28,511 nucleotides of DNA from Myxococcota bacterium (GTDB lineage: Bacteria > Myxococcota_A > Polyangia > Polyangiales > Sandaracinaceae), in NCBI GenBank assembly GCA_036149055.1, contig JAYZQJ010000287.1, positions 1-28,511 on the forward strand, written 5' to 3'. The stretch's first letter is position 1; each line of letters opens with the position of its first letter. Positions 15,709 through 25,407 of this stretch are shown here, piece after piece. The notes under the pieces are model-generated. The model saw only the letters and a list, made by a program, of their open reading frames with translations, was not told where the DNA came from and made no database searches. The translations under genes were made by a program, and so were the position numbers.

Positions 15709-16713
15709 ATGAGCCACCGCTGGATCCTCGCGCTCGTCTTGACGTGCTCCATCGCCGGCTGCCGCCCCAAGGCCGAGCCGCTCGGCGCCGAGCCCTCGCC
15801 CGAGGGCCAGGAGGACGAGAGCGCCGAGGAGGGCCCGACCCCGGTCGACGATCGCGGCCAGCGCGCCCAGGCCTCGCGGCGCCCCCCGGCGGGATCGACC
15901 TGCAGCGGGCGGGACGACTGCACCAGCGACCAGGTCTGCGTGGAGCACCGCTGCCAGTACCGCGACACGTCGGTGGCGGCGGAGGTGCTCGCGGCGGCGG
16001 CCGAGGCGCAGGCGGAGGCCGGCGACTGGGAGGGCGCGATCGACACCTACCAGCTCGCGTTCGATCGCTTCCGCGAGCAGGACGCGCCGGTGCCCCCCGA
16101 CATCGCGTGCGGCGCGGCCGAGCTGATCCTCCGCACGGCGCGGGACGCCGAGGCCCGCGAGCGCGGCGCCCGCACCGCCGACCACTGCTTCCGCTCGACC
16201 GTCCCCGGCTTCCCCGGCCGCGTCGCGGTGCGCCGGGCCCTGGCGCGCCTCCGCTACGAGGGCCTCGACATCACCACCTTCGACGGCGACGAGCCGGCCG
16301 AGCGCTTCTTCACCGGCGAGCAGAGCCGCCCGACGGTCGACGCGGTGCAGGTCTCCGTGCAGATGCCCGAGCTCGAGGGCCGGGAGCTGTCGAGCCACAC
16401 CGCGGTGCGCGAGCGGCTCGAGTCCGAGGACGGCCAGCGCGCGATCGCCGAGTGCTTCATCAGCGACTGGGACGAGCGCCACGACCGCTCCGCCTCGGCC
16501 GAGCTGGTCATCCGCTTCGCGACCCGGCTGCGCGACATGGGCAGCTACGACGTCTACGAGCCGGAGCTCGAAGTCAGCCAGACCACCACCGCGGAGAGCG
16601 GCTTCGAGCCCTGCCTCGCCGGCGCGATCCCGGCCCTCTTCTCCGAAGATCGGCGCTCGGCCCGGGGCGAGGCCTGGAACCAGGCGGTCCAGATCACCGC
16701 CCGGATCCAGTAG
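15709..16713 (+). CDS. Hypothetical lipoprotein (Cys-rich module, TPR-like helices, possible AgmX/PglI-like C-terminal domain)
   Basis: Lipobox IAGC; CSGRDDCTSDQVCVEHRC; AGDWEGAIDTYQLA; RAIAECF...FEPCLAGAI. Confidence 0.65.
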   Translation: MSHRWILALVLTCSIAGCRPKAEPLGAEPSPEGQEDESAEEGPTPVDDRGQRAQASRRPPAGSTCSGRDDCTSDQVCVEHRCQYRDTSVAAEVLAAAAEAQAEAGDWEGAIDTYQLAFDRFREQDAPVPPDIACGAAELILRTARDAEARERGARTADHCFRSTVPGFPGRVAVRRALARLRYEGLDITTFDGDEPAERFFTGEQSRPTVDAVQVSVQMPELEGRELSSHTAVRERLESEDGQRAIAECFISDWDERHDRSASAELVIRFATRLRDMGSYDVYEPELEVSQTTTAESGFEPCLAGAIPALFSEDRRSARGEAWNQAVQITARIQ

Positions 16714-16755
16714 CGCTTTTCCTCGCGCCCGCGGGTGCTAGGTTCACGCCCGCCG

Positions 16756-17568
16756 ATGCCCGGACCCATCGACGCAGGGACCGCCGCCGTGCTGGGCGCG
16801 GTCCAGGGGGCGACCGAATTCTTGCCCGTCTCGAGCAGCGGCCACGTCGCGCTCGGCGCGATGCTGTTCGGGATCAGCGACGACATGCCGCTGTCGATGG
16901 TGGTGCTGCTCCACTTCGGCACCCTCGTCGCCACCCTCGCGCTCTTCAAGGACGACGTGATCGACCTGCTGAAGAGCCTCGGCGGGCTGCGGGATCCGAA
17001 GGCCTGGATCGAGACCGAGCAGGGCACCCTGGTCGCGGGCATCCTGCTCGCCTCGGTGCCCACCGCGATCATGGGCCTCTGGCTCGAGGAGAAGGTCGAG
17101 GCCTTCGGGCGGGTGCCCTGGATCGTGGGCCTCTGCCTGCTCGGCTCCGCCGTCATGGTGCTCAGCACCCGGCGCGGGGGCGGCGAGCGGACGGTGCTCC
17201 CGCTGAAGCTCGCGATCCTGGTCGGGATCGCGCAGGGCATGGCCGTGATGCCGGGGCTGAGCCGGAGCGGCACGACGATCGCCGTCGGCATGCTGCTCGG
17301 GCTCAGCGGGCCGGCGGCGTTCCGGTTCTCGTTCCTGCTCTCGCTCCCCGCGGTGGCGGGCGCGACCCTGCTCTCGCTCCGGCACTTCGAGGAGATCCAG
17401 GCGCTCGGCGTCGGCGCCCTCATCGGCGGCGTGGTGGCGCTGGTGGTCGGCTACCTCGCGCTGGTGTGGCTGCGCGCGATCGTGAATCAGGGGCGCTTCT
17501 GGCTTTTTGCGCTGTATCTGGTACCGCTCGGCGCGGGGCTCGTGCTCTGGCCACTCTTCGAGTCCTAG
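16756..17568 (+). CDS. uppP: Undecaprenyl-diphosphate phosphatase
   Basis: VQGATEFLPVSSSGH, LHFGTL, PGLSRSGTTI, FSFLLSLPA. Start ATG 16756. Confidence 0.95.
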   Translation: MPGPIDAGTAAVLGAVQGATEFLPVSSSGHVALGAMLFGISDDMPLSMVVLLHFGTLVATLALFKDDVIDLLKSLGGLRDPKAWIETEQGTLVAGILLASVPTAIMGLWLEEKVEAFGRVPWIVGLCLLGSAVMVLSTRRGGGERTVLPLKLAILVGIAQGMAVMPGLSRSGTTIAVGMLLGLSGPAAFRFSFLLSLPAVAGATLLSLRHFEEIQALGVGALIGGVVALVVGYLALVWLRAIVNQGRFWLFALYLVPLGAGLVLWPLFES

Positions 17569-17580
17569 CGGGAGACTGAC

Positions 17581-18645
17581 GTGACGCGCGCATTCACCAT
17601 CGTGATGGCGGGGGGCTCCGGCACCCGCTTCTGGCCGCTCTCGCGCGCCGGGCGGCCGAAGCAGCTGCTGCCGCTCGCCGGGGGCGACGAGTCGCTCCTC
17701 GCGGCCACCGTGCGGCGCGCCACTCAGGTGACGCGCCCGGAGGACGTGCTGGTGGTGACGAGCGAGCGCCTCGCCGCGCCGACCCGCGAGCAGCTCTGGC
17801 AGCTCCCCGCCCGGAACGTGCTCGCCGAGCCGGTCGGCCGGAACACCGCGCCCTGCATCGGCTGGGCGGCCAGCCGCGTGGCCCGCGAGGATCCCGACGC
17901 GGTCTGCGTGGTGCTGCCCGCCGACCACCACATCGGCGACGAGGACGAGTACGCCCGGGTCCTGCGGGTGGCGGTGGACGCGGCGAAGGACGGCGGAGTC
18001 GTGACGGTCGGGATCCGCCCGAGCCGCGCCGAGACCGGCTACGGCTACATCGAGATGGGCGAGCCCGCGGGTGAAGAGGTCTACCGGGCCCGCCGCTTCG
18101 TGGAGAAGCCCAACCGGCAGCGCGCCGAGCAGTTCCTCGCGGCGGGCCACTTCCTCTGGAACAGCGGCATGTTCTTCTTCCGCGCCGGCGAGATGCTGAG
18201 CGCGATCCACGCCCACCTGCCCGGGCTCGGCGAGGCCCTCGACCGCTTCCAGGCGACGCCCCTCGACGAGGAGGCCGCGGTGGTGAGCGAGGTCTTCCCC
18301 ACCCTGCCCTCGGTCTCGATCGACCACGGGGTGATGGAGAAGGTCGACGACGTGCGCGTGGTGCCGGCCGACTTCGGCTGGAGCGACCTCGGCTCGTTCG
18401 CGAGCGCGTGGGAGCTGTCGGCCGACGGCCCGGAGGCGAACGTGGCCCCCGAGGGCGCGATCCTCGTCGACACCCGGGGCGCCTACGTGAAGGCCCCCGA
18501 GGGCAAGGTCGTCGCGGTGATCGGGCTCGACGACGTCGTCGTGGTCGACACCGAGGACGCCCTGCTCGTCATGCCGCGCGGCCGGGCCCAGGACGTCAAG
18601 AAGGTCGTCGAGGCCCTGAAGGCCAGCAAGCCCGACGCGCTCTGA
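17581..18645 (+). CDS. manC: Mannose-1-phosphate guanylyltransferase
   Basis: MAGGSGTRFWPLSR, PKQLL, EPVGRNTAP, PADHHI, ETGYGYI, FVEKP, WNSGMF, SIDHGVMEK, GWSDLGS. No PMI cupin domain. Confidence 0.95.
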   Translation: MTRAFTIVMAGGSGTRFWPLSRAGRPKQLLPLAGGDESLLAATVRRATQVTRPEDVLVVTSERLAAPTREQLWQLPARNVLAEPVGRNTAPCIGWAASRVAREDPDAVCVVLPADHHIGDEDEYARVLRVAVDAAKDGGVVTVGIRPSRAETGYGYIEMGEPAGEEVYRARRFVEKPNRQRAEQFLAAGHFLWNSGMFFFRAGEMLSAIHAHLPGLGEALDRFQATPLDEEAAVVSEVFPTLPSVSIDHGVMEKVDDVRVVPADFGWSDLGSFASAWELSADGPEANVAPEGAILVDTRGAYVKAPEGKVVAVIGLDDVVVVDTEDALLVMPRGRAQDVKKVVEALKASKPDAL

Positions 18646-18688
18646 AGCGCCCTTGCGCCGAGGGGCCGGCTGCGCGACAACCCGCGCG

Positions 18689-20050
18689 ATGACGATCCCC
18701 AACCCGCACGTCTTCCGTGAGTACGACATCCGCGGCGTCGCCGACCGCGACCTCACCGACGAGATGGTCCGCGACCTCGGCCGCGCGCTCGGCACCTTCT
18801 GGTCCCGGCGCGGCGGCCGCCGGGTCGCCGTGGGCCGCGACTGTCGGCTCAGCTCCCCGCGCCTCTTCGCCGCCTTCGTCGAGGGCGCGCTCGAGGCCGG
18901 CCTGACCCTGGTCGACATCGGCGTCGTGCCGACGCCGCTGATGTACTTCTCGGTCTTCCACGAGGACCTCGACGGCGGCGTGCAGATCACCGGCAGCCAC
19001 AACCCGCCCGAGGACAACGGCTTCAAGATGATGAGCGGGCACGCCACGCTCAGCGGCGACGACATCCGCTCGCTCCGCAGCCTGATCGAGCGGCGCGACT
19101 TCGTGAAGGCGCCGGGCGGTCGGGTGCAGCGCGTCGACGTCTTGCCGGCCTACGAGGGCTTCGTGCGCGGCAACGTCTCGCTCGAGGGCGCCTCGCTCTC
19201 GGTCGCGATCGACGCGGGCAACGGCGCGGCGGGCCCCACCGCGCTCGCCGCCCTGCGCGCCGCCGGCATCGAGCCCGAGGCGCTCCTCTGCGAGCCGGAC
19301 GGGCGCTTCCCGGTCCACCACCCCGACCCGTCGGAGCCGCACAACCTCGAGCTGCTGCGGAGCGCGGTGCTCGAGCGCGGGCACGACGTCGGCATCGCCT
19401 ACGACGGCGACGGCGACCGCATCGGGGTGATCGACGCGCGAGGCGAGCAGCTCTTCGGCGACCGCCTGCTGATCCTGCTCTCGCGCTACCTCCTCAAGGA
19501 GCGGCCGGGCGCGGCGATCCTCGGCGAGGTGAAGTGCAGCCAGACCCTGTACGACGACATCGCCAAGCACGGCGGCCGGCCGATCCTCTGGAAGACCGGC
19601 CACTCGCTCATCAAGGCGAAGATGAAGGAGGAGGGCGCGCTCCTCGCGGGCGAGATGAGCGGCCACGTGTTCTTCGCCGACCGCTTCTTCGGCTTCGACG
19701 ACGCGGTCTACGCGACGCTCCGGCTGCTCGAGATCCTCGCCGCCGAGGACCGGCCGCTCCACGAGCTGCTCGCCGACGTGCCGCAGACGTTCTCGACCCC
19801 GGAGATCCGGGTCGAGTGCCCGGACGACCAGAAGTTCGACGTCGTGGAGACGATCAAGGCCCGCTTCGCGGCCACGAACGACGTCATCACCGTCGACGGC
19901 GCCCGCATCCTCTTCGACGGCGGCTGGGGCCTGGTCCGGGCGAGCAACACGCAGCCCGTGCTGGTCCTACGGTTCGAGGCGGAGAGCGAAGCGCGCCTCG
20001 ACGCCATCCGCGCCGAGGTCGAGGGCGCCGTTCAGGAAGCGAGGAGCTGA
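18689..20050 (+). CDS. algC: Phosphomannomutase/phosphoglucomutase (AlgC/ManB type)
   Basis: FREYDIRG, ITGSHNP, DGDGDR, GEMSGH, RASNTQP. Start ATG 18689. Confidence 0.93.
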   Translation: MTIPNPHVFREYDIRGVADRDLTDEMVRDLGRALGTFWSRRGGRRVAVGRDCRLSSPRLFAAFVEGALEAGLTLVDIGVVPTPLMYFSVFHEDLDGGVQITGSHNPPEDNGFKMMSGHATLSGDDIRSLRSLIERRDFVKAPGGRVQRVDVLPAYEGFVRGNVSLEGASLSVAIDAGNGAAGPTALAALRAAGIEPEALLCEPDGRFPVHHPDPSEPHNLELLRSAVLERGHDVGIAYDGDGDRIGVIDARGEQLFGDRLLILLSRYLLKERPGAAILGEVKCSQTLYDDIAKHGGRPILWKTGHSLIKAKMKEEGALLAGEMSGHVFFADRFFGFDDAVYATLRLLEILAAEDRPLHELLADVPQTFSTPEIRVECPDDQKFDVVETIKARFAATNDVITVDGARILFDGGWGLVRASNTQPVLVLRFEAESEARLDAIRAEVEGAVQEARS

Positions 20051-20712
20051 TGGCCAACCGAACCCTGCCGATGACCGACGCGCTGCACGCGTACCTGGTC
20101 GACGTCTCCGTCGACGAGCACCCGGTGCTGACGAAGCTGCGCGAGGAGACCGCGCGCCGCGACAACGCCGTGATGCAGATCGGCCCGGAGCAGGGCGCGT
20201 TCATGGCGTGGCTGGTCGGGCTGATGGGCGCCCGCCGCGGCGTCGAGGTGGGCACCTTCACCGGCTACTCCGCGCTCGCGGTCGCGCTCGCGATGCCGAG
20301 CGACGCTCGGCTGGTCTGCTGTGACCTGAGCGAGGAGTACCTCGCGGCGGCGCGCCGCTTCTGGGACGAGGCCGGCGTCGGCGACAAGATCGAGTCGCGG
20401 GTGGGCCCGGCCGCGGACAGCCTCGGCGCCCTGCTCGAGGCGGGCGGCGCGGGCACCTACGACTACGCCTTCATCGACGCCGACAAGCCGCAGTACGACG
20501 TCTACTACGAGGCCTGCCTCGAGCTGCTCCGGCCCGGCGGCGTGATCCTCATCGACAACGTGCTCTGGGGCGGCGCGGTGATCGAGCCCGAGGACGACTC
20601 GAACGCGACCGTCGCGCTCCGCCGGCTCAACGCGAAGCTCGGGCGCGACGAGCGGGTCGACGCCTGCATGGTCCCGATCGGCGACGGGCTCTTCCTCGCG
20701 CGAAAGAAGTAG
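20050..20712 (+). CDS. Class I SAM-dependent O-methyltransferase (CCoAOMT/COMT-like, Methyltransf_3)
   Basis: ATG overlaps the upstream TGA (TGATG). MQIGPEQG, EVGTFTGYS, FIDADK, DNVLWGG, PIGDG. Confidence 0.92.
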   Translation: MANRTLPMTDALHAYLVDVSVDEHPVLTKLREETARRDNAVMQIGPEQGAFMAWLVGLMGARRGVEVGTFTGYSALAVALAMPSDARLVCCDLSEEYLAAARRFWDEAGVGDKIESRVGPAADSLGALLEAGGAGTYDYAFIDADKPQYDVYYEACLELLRPGGVILIDNVLWGGAVIEPEDDSNATVALRRLNAKLGRDERVDACMVPIGDGLFLARKK

Positions 20713-20717
20713 CGCGC

Positions 20718-21575
20718 TCACTCGCGGCGGGCGGGCACGGCGGCGACCGGGAGCCGCAGGCGGTGCGTCCGGAACGGGCCGCAGCCCGGCTCTCCGTGAT
20801 GCACCAGCACCGCGTCGCGTCGCGTGAACGGGACCAGCGACGGCAGCCCCTCGCTCGCCTCCTCACCCGCCGGCTCGATGCTCCAGCCGTCGACCCGGCC
20901 GGCGGCGACGCGGGCGAGCCACCCGGCGAGCGCGTTCTCGGCGAAGGACGCCGCGAGGGTGGCCACGAGGCCGAGCGACAGGAGCCCCCAGCCAGCGGAG
21001 CGCGAGAAGCCGAGCGGCGACCAGAGCTCCGCGAAGAGCGCGAGCGGGATCCCGAGCGCCGCCCACCAGAGCCCCACCTGACGCCACGCCACCGGAGCCG
21101 CGCCGAGGGCCCGCTCGCGCGCGAGCTCCCGCAGCACGACCCGCAGGCCCGCCACCGCGCCGGTCACCCAGACGCCCATCACGAACGCCATGCCGACGAG
21201 GGTGGTGGGCGCGGTCATGCTGCAGGCGCTGCAGCCCGGATGGAGCGGCCGGCCGGCCCACGCCATGACGAAGGGCGGGAGCGCCAGCGCGAGCACCATC
21301 GCGAGCGGGAGCACCGCCATCTCGAGCCCGGGGGAGCGCGCGTGGCGCGCGCCGAGCAGCGCGACGACCAGGCCGGCGGCGACCGGCGCGGCGGTCCACA
21401 CCGAGGCGTCGCGGGGCAAGCCGCGCGCGGCGAGGTCGACGCCCTCGAAGCACCACGCGAGGGTCACGCTCGAGATCGCGGTGGTGGCGACGCCGAGCGC
21501 GACCGCGACCGCGGCGGTCAGCGGCAGGGCCGGATCCCCCCGGAGCAATCGCAGTCTGGCCCCCTCGACTCCCAC
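20718..21575 (-). CDS. Hypothetical integral membrane protein
   Basis: About 6 hydrophobic segments, CSAC in a loop, C-terminal GPFR; fills the gap between confident genes. Confidence 0.6.
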   Translation of the reverse strand: MGVEGARLRLLRGDPALPLTAAVAVALGVATTAISSVTLAWCFEGVDLAARGLPRDASVWTAAPVAAGLVVALLGARHARSPGLEMAVLPLAMVLALALPPFVMAWAGRPLHPGCSACSMTAPTTLVGMAFVMGVWVTGAVAGLRVVLRELARERALGAAPVAWRQVGLWWAALGIPLALFAELWSPLGFSRSAGWGLLSLGLVATLAASFAENALAGWLARVAAGRVDGWSIEPAGEEASEGLPSLVPFTRRDAVLVHHGEPGCGPFRTHRLRLPVAAVPARRE

Positions 21576-21629
21576 GGGAGAGATATCGGCGCGGGTTTCC
21601 CGCTTTCAAGCACGTGTCATGCTTTACAC

Positions 21630-22082
21630 GTGACGAGGCGAGGCTGGCTGGGAGCGGCCGCGGGGATCGCGGCGGTCGTGGGCGCGCTCGCGCTCTACGA
21701 CGCGCTGATCGAGAGCGACGAGGAGCGGGTCGAGCGCCTGGTCGAGGACGTCGCGGGCCCCGTCGTGCCGGCGCGGGTCACCGCCGCCACCGCGCGCTGG
21801 GTGGATCTCTCGCGTCAGCCGCTCGAGATCAGCGCGCTCGGGGAGTCCCTCCGCTACGGGCCCGGCGACGAGGAGGCGTTCGAGGAGCGTCGCCGCCGCG
21901 GGCTCGCGCCGCTCTCGGGGGATCGGCTCCGGGTCCTGACCCATGGCGTCGAGATCGACGGAGACGAGGCGCGCCTGACGATGCGGGTGCTCGGCGATCG
22001 CCTCGGCATGTCGAGCGTGGAGTGGACCCTGCGCCGGCGCGGCGACGACTGGCTGGTCTCCCGCCTCAGGGTGACCCGCTGA
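21630..22082 (+). CDS. Hypothetical membrane-anchored protein, possible NTF2/SnoaL-like fold
   Basis: 3' part of ORF 20763-22082 from GTG 21630. N-terminal TM; ends IDGDEARLTMRV...WTLRRRGDDWLV. Confidence 0.6.
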   Translation: MTRRGWLGAAAGIAAVVGALALYDALIESDEERVERLVEDVAGPVVPARVTAATARWVDLSRQPLEISALGESLRYGPGDEEAFEERRRRGLAPLSGDRLRVLTHGVEIDGDEARLTMRVLGDRLGMSSVEWTLRRRGDDWLVSRLRVTR

Positions 22083-23067
22083 GGCGAGCGCGCGCCACCG
22101 CCTCGAGGCCGTCGACGACTCGCGCGAGCGCGACGTAGTCGATCTGCGAGCCGTCGTCGCGGGGCGTGTGATACGCGTCGTCGCGGAAGGCCGCGGTGTC
22201 GGTCACGAGGATCGCGGGCACGCCCTGAAGCCAGAACGACTCGTGGTCGGACCAGCCCGCGCCCTGGACCGCGCGCGAGAGCACCGCGCCCTCCGACGGG
22301 ATGCGAGCGACCTCGCGGAACCGCTCGACCGCGCTCCGGAGCAGCGCCTCCGAGAGATCGTCGCCGACGAAGGCGACGAAGTCGCCGCGGGTGCCGAAGG
22401 CGACCGACTGGGCGAAGGTCGCGTAGCGCTGGCTCCCCTCCTCGCCGCGATAGCAACCCAAGCTGTCGAGCGCGATCATCGCGTCGGGCAGCCTCCGCTG
22501 TCGCGCCAGCCGATGCGCGAGGACCCGGCTCCCCATGTCGGCCGTGCGGAAGCGGGGCGGCTCCTCGTTCACGAAGAGCGCGAACCGGGCCCCGGGCTCC
22601 TCGCGGAGGCGCTCGGCGAGCGCGAGCACCGCGGCCACCCCGCTCGCGTCGTCGTTGCCGCCCGGAGAGCCGGGGGCGCTGTCGTAGTGGGCGCCGATCA
22701 TCAGGCCGCCCTCCTCCGCCCCGGCGACGACGTTGTCGAAGCGGGCCCCGTCGACCTCGTAGCCGTCGAGCCGCGGCTCGAGCCCGATCTCGGTGAGCCG
22801 GGCGACGATGAGGTCACGCCCGCGCCGGAGCGCGTCGGGGCGGCGGGCGCTCCGCTCGCCGAGGGCCACCAGCGCCTCGACGTCGCGCCGGAGCGAGGCG
22901 GCGGCCTGGCGCTCGGCGGCGGTCACCGGCGCGGGCCCCTCGAAGCGCTCGCCCGGCATGCGGGCCGCGACGCCGCGCCAGATCAGCAGCCCGGCGACGA
23001 GGGCGCCGGCGAGGGCGAGGCCCGCGAAGGCGCGCCAGGGGGTCGGAGAACGAAAGGGATCGGCCAC
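22066..23067 (-). CDS. M28 family metallopeptidase
   Basis: IGAHYDS, PGGNDDASG, FVNEEPP, WSDH, YHTPRD; N-terminal TM anchor. Confidence 0.9.
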   Translation of the reverse strand: MADPFRSPTPWRAFAGLALAGALVAGLLIWRGVAARMPGERFEGPAPVTAAERQAAASLRRDVEALVALGERSARRPDALRRGRDLIVARLTEIGLEPRLDGYEVDGARFDNVVAGAEEGGLMIGAHYDSAPGSPGGNDDASGVAAVLALAERLREEPGARFALFVNEEPPRFRTADMGSRVLAHRLARQRRLPDAMIALDSLGCYRGEEGSQRYATFAQSVAFGTRGDFVAFVGDDLSEALLRSAVERFREVARIPSEGAVLSRAVQGAGWSDHESFWLQGVPAILVTDTAAFRDDAYHTPRDDGSQIDYVALARVVDGLEAVARARLSGSP

Positions 23068-23103
23068 GCAGGACCGACACGTCGGCCGGACCCGGGTTCC
23101 CGC

Positions 23104-24627
23104 TCATTCGGGGGGCTCGGCGCCCTCCAGCGTGATCTCGCGGGCGGCGCGCTTGCTGCCGTCCGCGTTCTCCTCCCAGTCGGCGGGCGCGATCGTCTCC
23201 CGGGCCACCGGGTGTCCCTCGAGGAAGACGAGCAGCTCGATCGGCGCGTCCGTCCGCACGTTCTCCACCGTCACCGCCGGCGCGAAGCCGACCAGCACGT
23301 AGACCCGCGCGCCCGGCGGGTTGGTGATCACGCGCACCGTGCCGAGCTCCCCGGTCGGCGCCCCGACGTCGCGGGGCAGGCGGGTCTCCCCGAGCGCGAG
23401 ATCCTCGGCGGCCATCGGCGCCTCGCCGGTCTGCATCGCCAGCTCGTAGCGAGGGCCGCTCTCGGTCTCCTCCCAGCTGGCGTCGGCGGGGAGCACCGCG
23501 CGGGTCGGCGTGCGGCCGTCGGCGATGGCCACGAACTCGAGCGCCATGCCGAGCGGGAGCTCCTCGGCGGTGGCCGGCCCGTCGCCGACGTACATCAGCA
23601 CCTGGGCGCGCTCCGGCTGGACCTGCAGCTCGAGGGTGCCGAAGCGGCCGCGGTGCTCGCGGAGCATGCGCTCGCGATCCTCGTCGGTCGGGCCCTCGTC
23701 CACCGGCGCGGGCGGGCGGCCCAGGGCGGCGTCCACCAGATCCGGGCGCATGAGCGCGAGCCCGGCGGCGGTCGCGGCGAGGATCGCGAGGGCGGCGAGC
23801 AGCCACGGCACGACGCTGCCCTTCGGCGCGTCGTCGAGGCCGGTGGTGAGCGTGTCGACCTCCCGCTGCGGCGGACGCTGCGGCGCGCGCCGGGCCGGCG
23901 GCGGAAGCGGCTCGTCTTCGGCGATCGTCCGGTCGTCGTCCGGCGGCCCCTCGTCGGCGATGGTGGCGTCCTCGGGATCGACGGGCGGCGGGCGCTCGGA
24001 GCGGGGCGCGCCCAGCTCGTCGAGGGTCGCGTCGAGCTGAGCGTCCAGGTCCGCGTCGAGGCCAGCGTCGAGGCCGCCGTCGACGGCGTCCCCCTCGGAC
24101 GGCGCCGGCGCGTCATCGGCGCCGAGCAGATCGTCGAGCTGCGCGTCGAGGGTGGCGTCGCGGGGCGCGGGCCGGGCGCTCGGCGCGTTCGAGCGCGGCT
24201 TCTGGGCCTCGCGCAGCATGCGGGCCAGCACCCGGCGGGCCGCGGCCCGGTTGAGCGGCACGAGCGAGGCCTCGAGGTCGTCGCGCAGACTCGACAGATC
24301 CCACCGCCCCGAGGTCGGCCCCTCCTCGAGGAGCTGCACGAGCACCTTGGGCACGCCGGTCCCGGCGGCCACCAGGAGCGATCCGAGCATCGCGACCACC
24401 GCGCGGGCCGCCTCCTCGCTCGTGGCGCTGGCCGGCGGCGCGAAGACGCTGATCGTGCCGTCGTCGGCGATGCGCACGTCCGAGGACCTGACCGGCGCGG
24501 GCCCGTCCTCGAGCCCCTCGCAGACCTCGAGGGCGATGAACGCGCCGATCTCCGAGGGGATCCGCACGCGTCGCTCCTTCATGGTCGCGACCAGATCCCC
24601 CACCGTGATGCCGAGCAGCTCGCTCAC
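23104..24627 (-). CDS. Membrane protein with degenerate kinase-like N-terminus, acidic/Pro linker, TM and PEGA-like repeats
   Basis: [17 protein letters not shown]...[16 protein letters not shown] resembles a kinase C-lobe without [34 protein letters not shown]-like [14 protein letters not shown] and [16 protein letters not shown]. Confidence 0.65.
   Translation of the reverse strand: MSELLGITVGDLVATMKERRVRIPSEIGAFIALEVCEGLEDGPAPVRSSDVRIADDGTISVFAPPASATSEEAARAVVAMLGSLLVAAGTGVPKVLVQLLEEGPTSGRWDLSSLRDDLEASLVPLNRAAARRVLARMLREAQKPRSNAPSARPAPRDATLDAQLDDLLGADDAPAPSEGDAVDGGLDAGLDADLDAQLDATLDELGAPRSERPPPVDPEDATIADEGPPDDDRTIAEDEPLPPPARRAPQRPPQREVDTLTTGLDDAPKGSVVPWLLAALAILAATAAGLALMRPDLVDAALGRPPAPVDEGPTDEDRERMLREHRGRFGTLELQVQPERAQVLMYVGDGPATAEELPLGMALEFVAIADGRTPTRAVLPADASWEETESGPRYELAMQTGEAPMAAEDLALGETRLPRDVGAPTGELGTVRVITNPPGARVYVLVGFAPAVTVENVRTDAPIELLVFLEGHPVARETIAPADWEENADGSKRAAREITLEGAEPPE
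24019..24084 (-). repeat. Intragenic 12-bp tandem repeat (D-A-x-L tetrapeptide)
   Basis: GTC(G/C)AGnnnnGC-type units at 24019, 24031, 24043, 24055, 24067, encoding [22 protein letters not shown]. Confidence 0.7.
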
Positions 24628-25406
24628 CCGCCGTCCTTCGCTTCCTCGCTCGGGCGCACGGGCACGCCCCGGGCCGCAAGGTACTCCTTGACCTGCCCGA
24701 TGGTGAACTCTCCGTCGTGAAAGATGGAGGCGGCGAGCGCGGCGTCGGCGCCCCCCTCCATCAGCCCGGCGCGCACGTGCTCGGGGCCGCCGACGCCGCC
24801 GGAGGCGATCACCGGGATGCTCACCGCGTCGACCACCGCCCGGGTCAGCTCGAGGTCATAGCCGTCCCGGGTGCCGTCGCGGTCCATGCTGGTCAGGAGG
24901 ATCTCGCCCGCGCCCAGCGCCGCGACCCGGACCGCCCACTCCACCGCGTCGAGCCCGGTGCCGCGCCGGCCGCCGTGGGTGTGCACCTCGAAGCCGCCGC
25001 CCTCGCGGCGCCGCGCGTCGATCGCGACCACGATCGCCTGCGACCCGTAGCCGTCGGCCATGCGCGCGACGAAGTCCGGGTCGCGCACCGCGGCGGTGTT
25101 CATCGAGACCTTGTCGGCGCCGGCGTGCAGCAGATCGCGCACGTCGCGCCGCTCCCGGACGCCGCCGCCCACCGTCAGGGGCACGGCGATCTCGGCCGCG
25201 GTCCGCTCGACGACGTCGAGGATGATCGGCCGCTCGTCGCTCGAGGCGGTGATGTCGAGGAAGGTGATCTCGTCGGCGCCCTCGCGGTCGTAGCGGATCG
25301 CGCACTCGACCGGATCGCCGGCGTCGCGCAGCCCGACGAACTGCACGCCCTTCACCACCCGCCCCGCCTTCACGTCGAGGCAGGGCACGATGCGCCGCGC
25401 GAGCAC
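24624..25406 (-). CDS. hisF: Imidazole glycerol phosphate synthase cyclase subunit
   Basis: [46 protein letters not shown]. Confidence 0.97.
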   Translation of the reverse strand: MLARRIVPCLDVKAGRVVKGVQFVGLRDAGDPVECAIRYDREGADEITFLDITASSDERPIILDVVERTAAEIAVPLTVGGGVRERRDVRDLLHAGADKVSMNTAAVRDPDFVARMADGYGSQAIVVAIDARRREGGGFEVHTHGGRRGTGLDAVEWAVRVAALGAGEILLTSMDRDGTRDGYDLELTRAVVDAVSIPVIASGGVGGPEHVRAGLMEGGADAALAASIFHDGEFTIGQVKEYLAARGVPVRPSEEAKDGG

Positions 25407-25407
25407 C

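Noticed and set aside
12989..20049. Apparent N-terminal extensions or fusions in ORFs 12989-14257, 14300-15664 and 19534-20712
   Set aside because: The 5' parts overlap upstream genes in another frame; coupled starts at 13463, 14453 and 20050 explain them without frameshifts.
16744..24720. Long ORFs 16744-19065 (-), 18596-19762 (-) and 22168-24720 (+)
   Set aside because: Antisense to uppP/manC/PMM and to the M28/pseudokinase genes.
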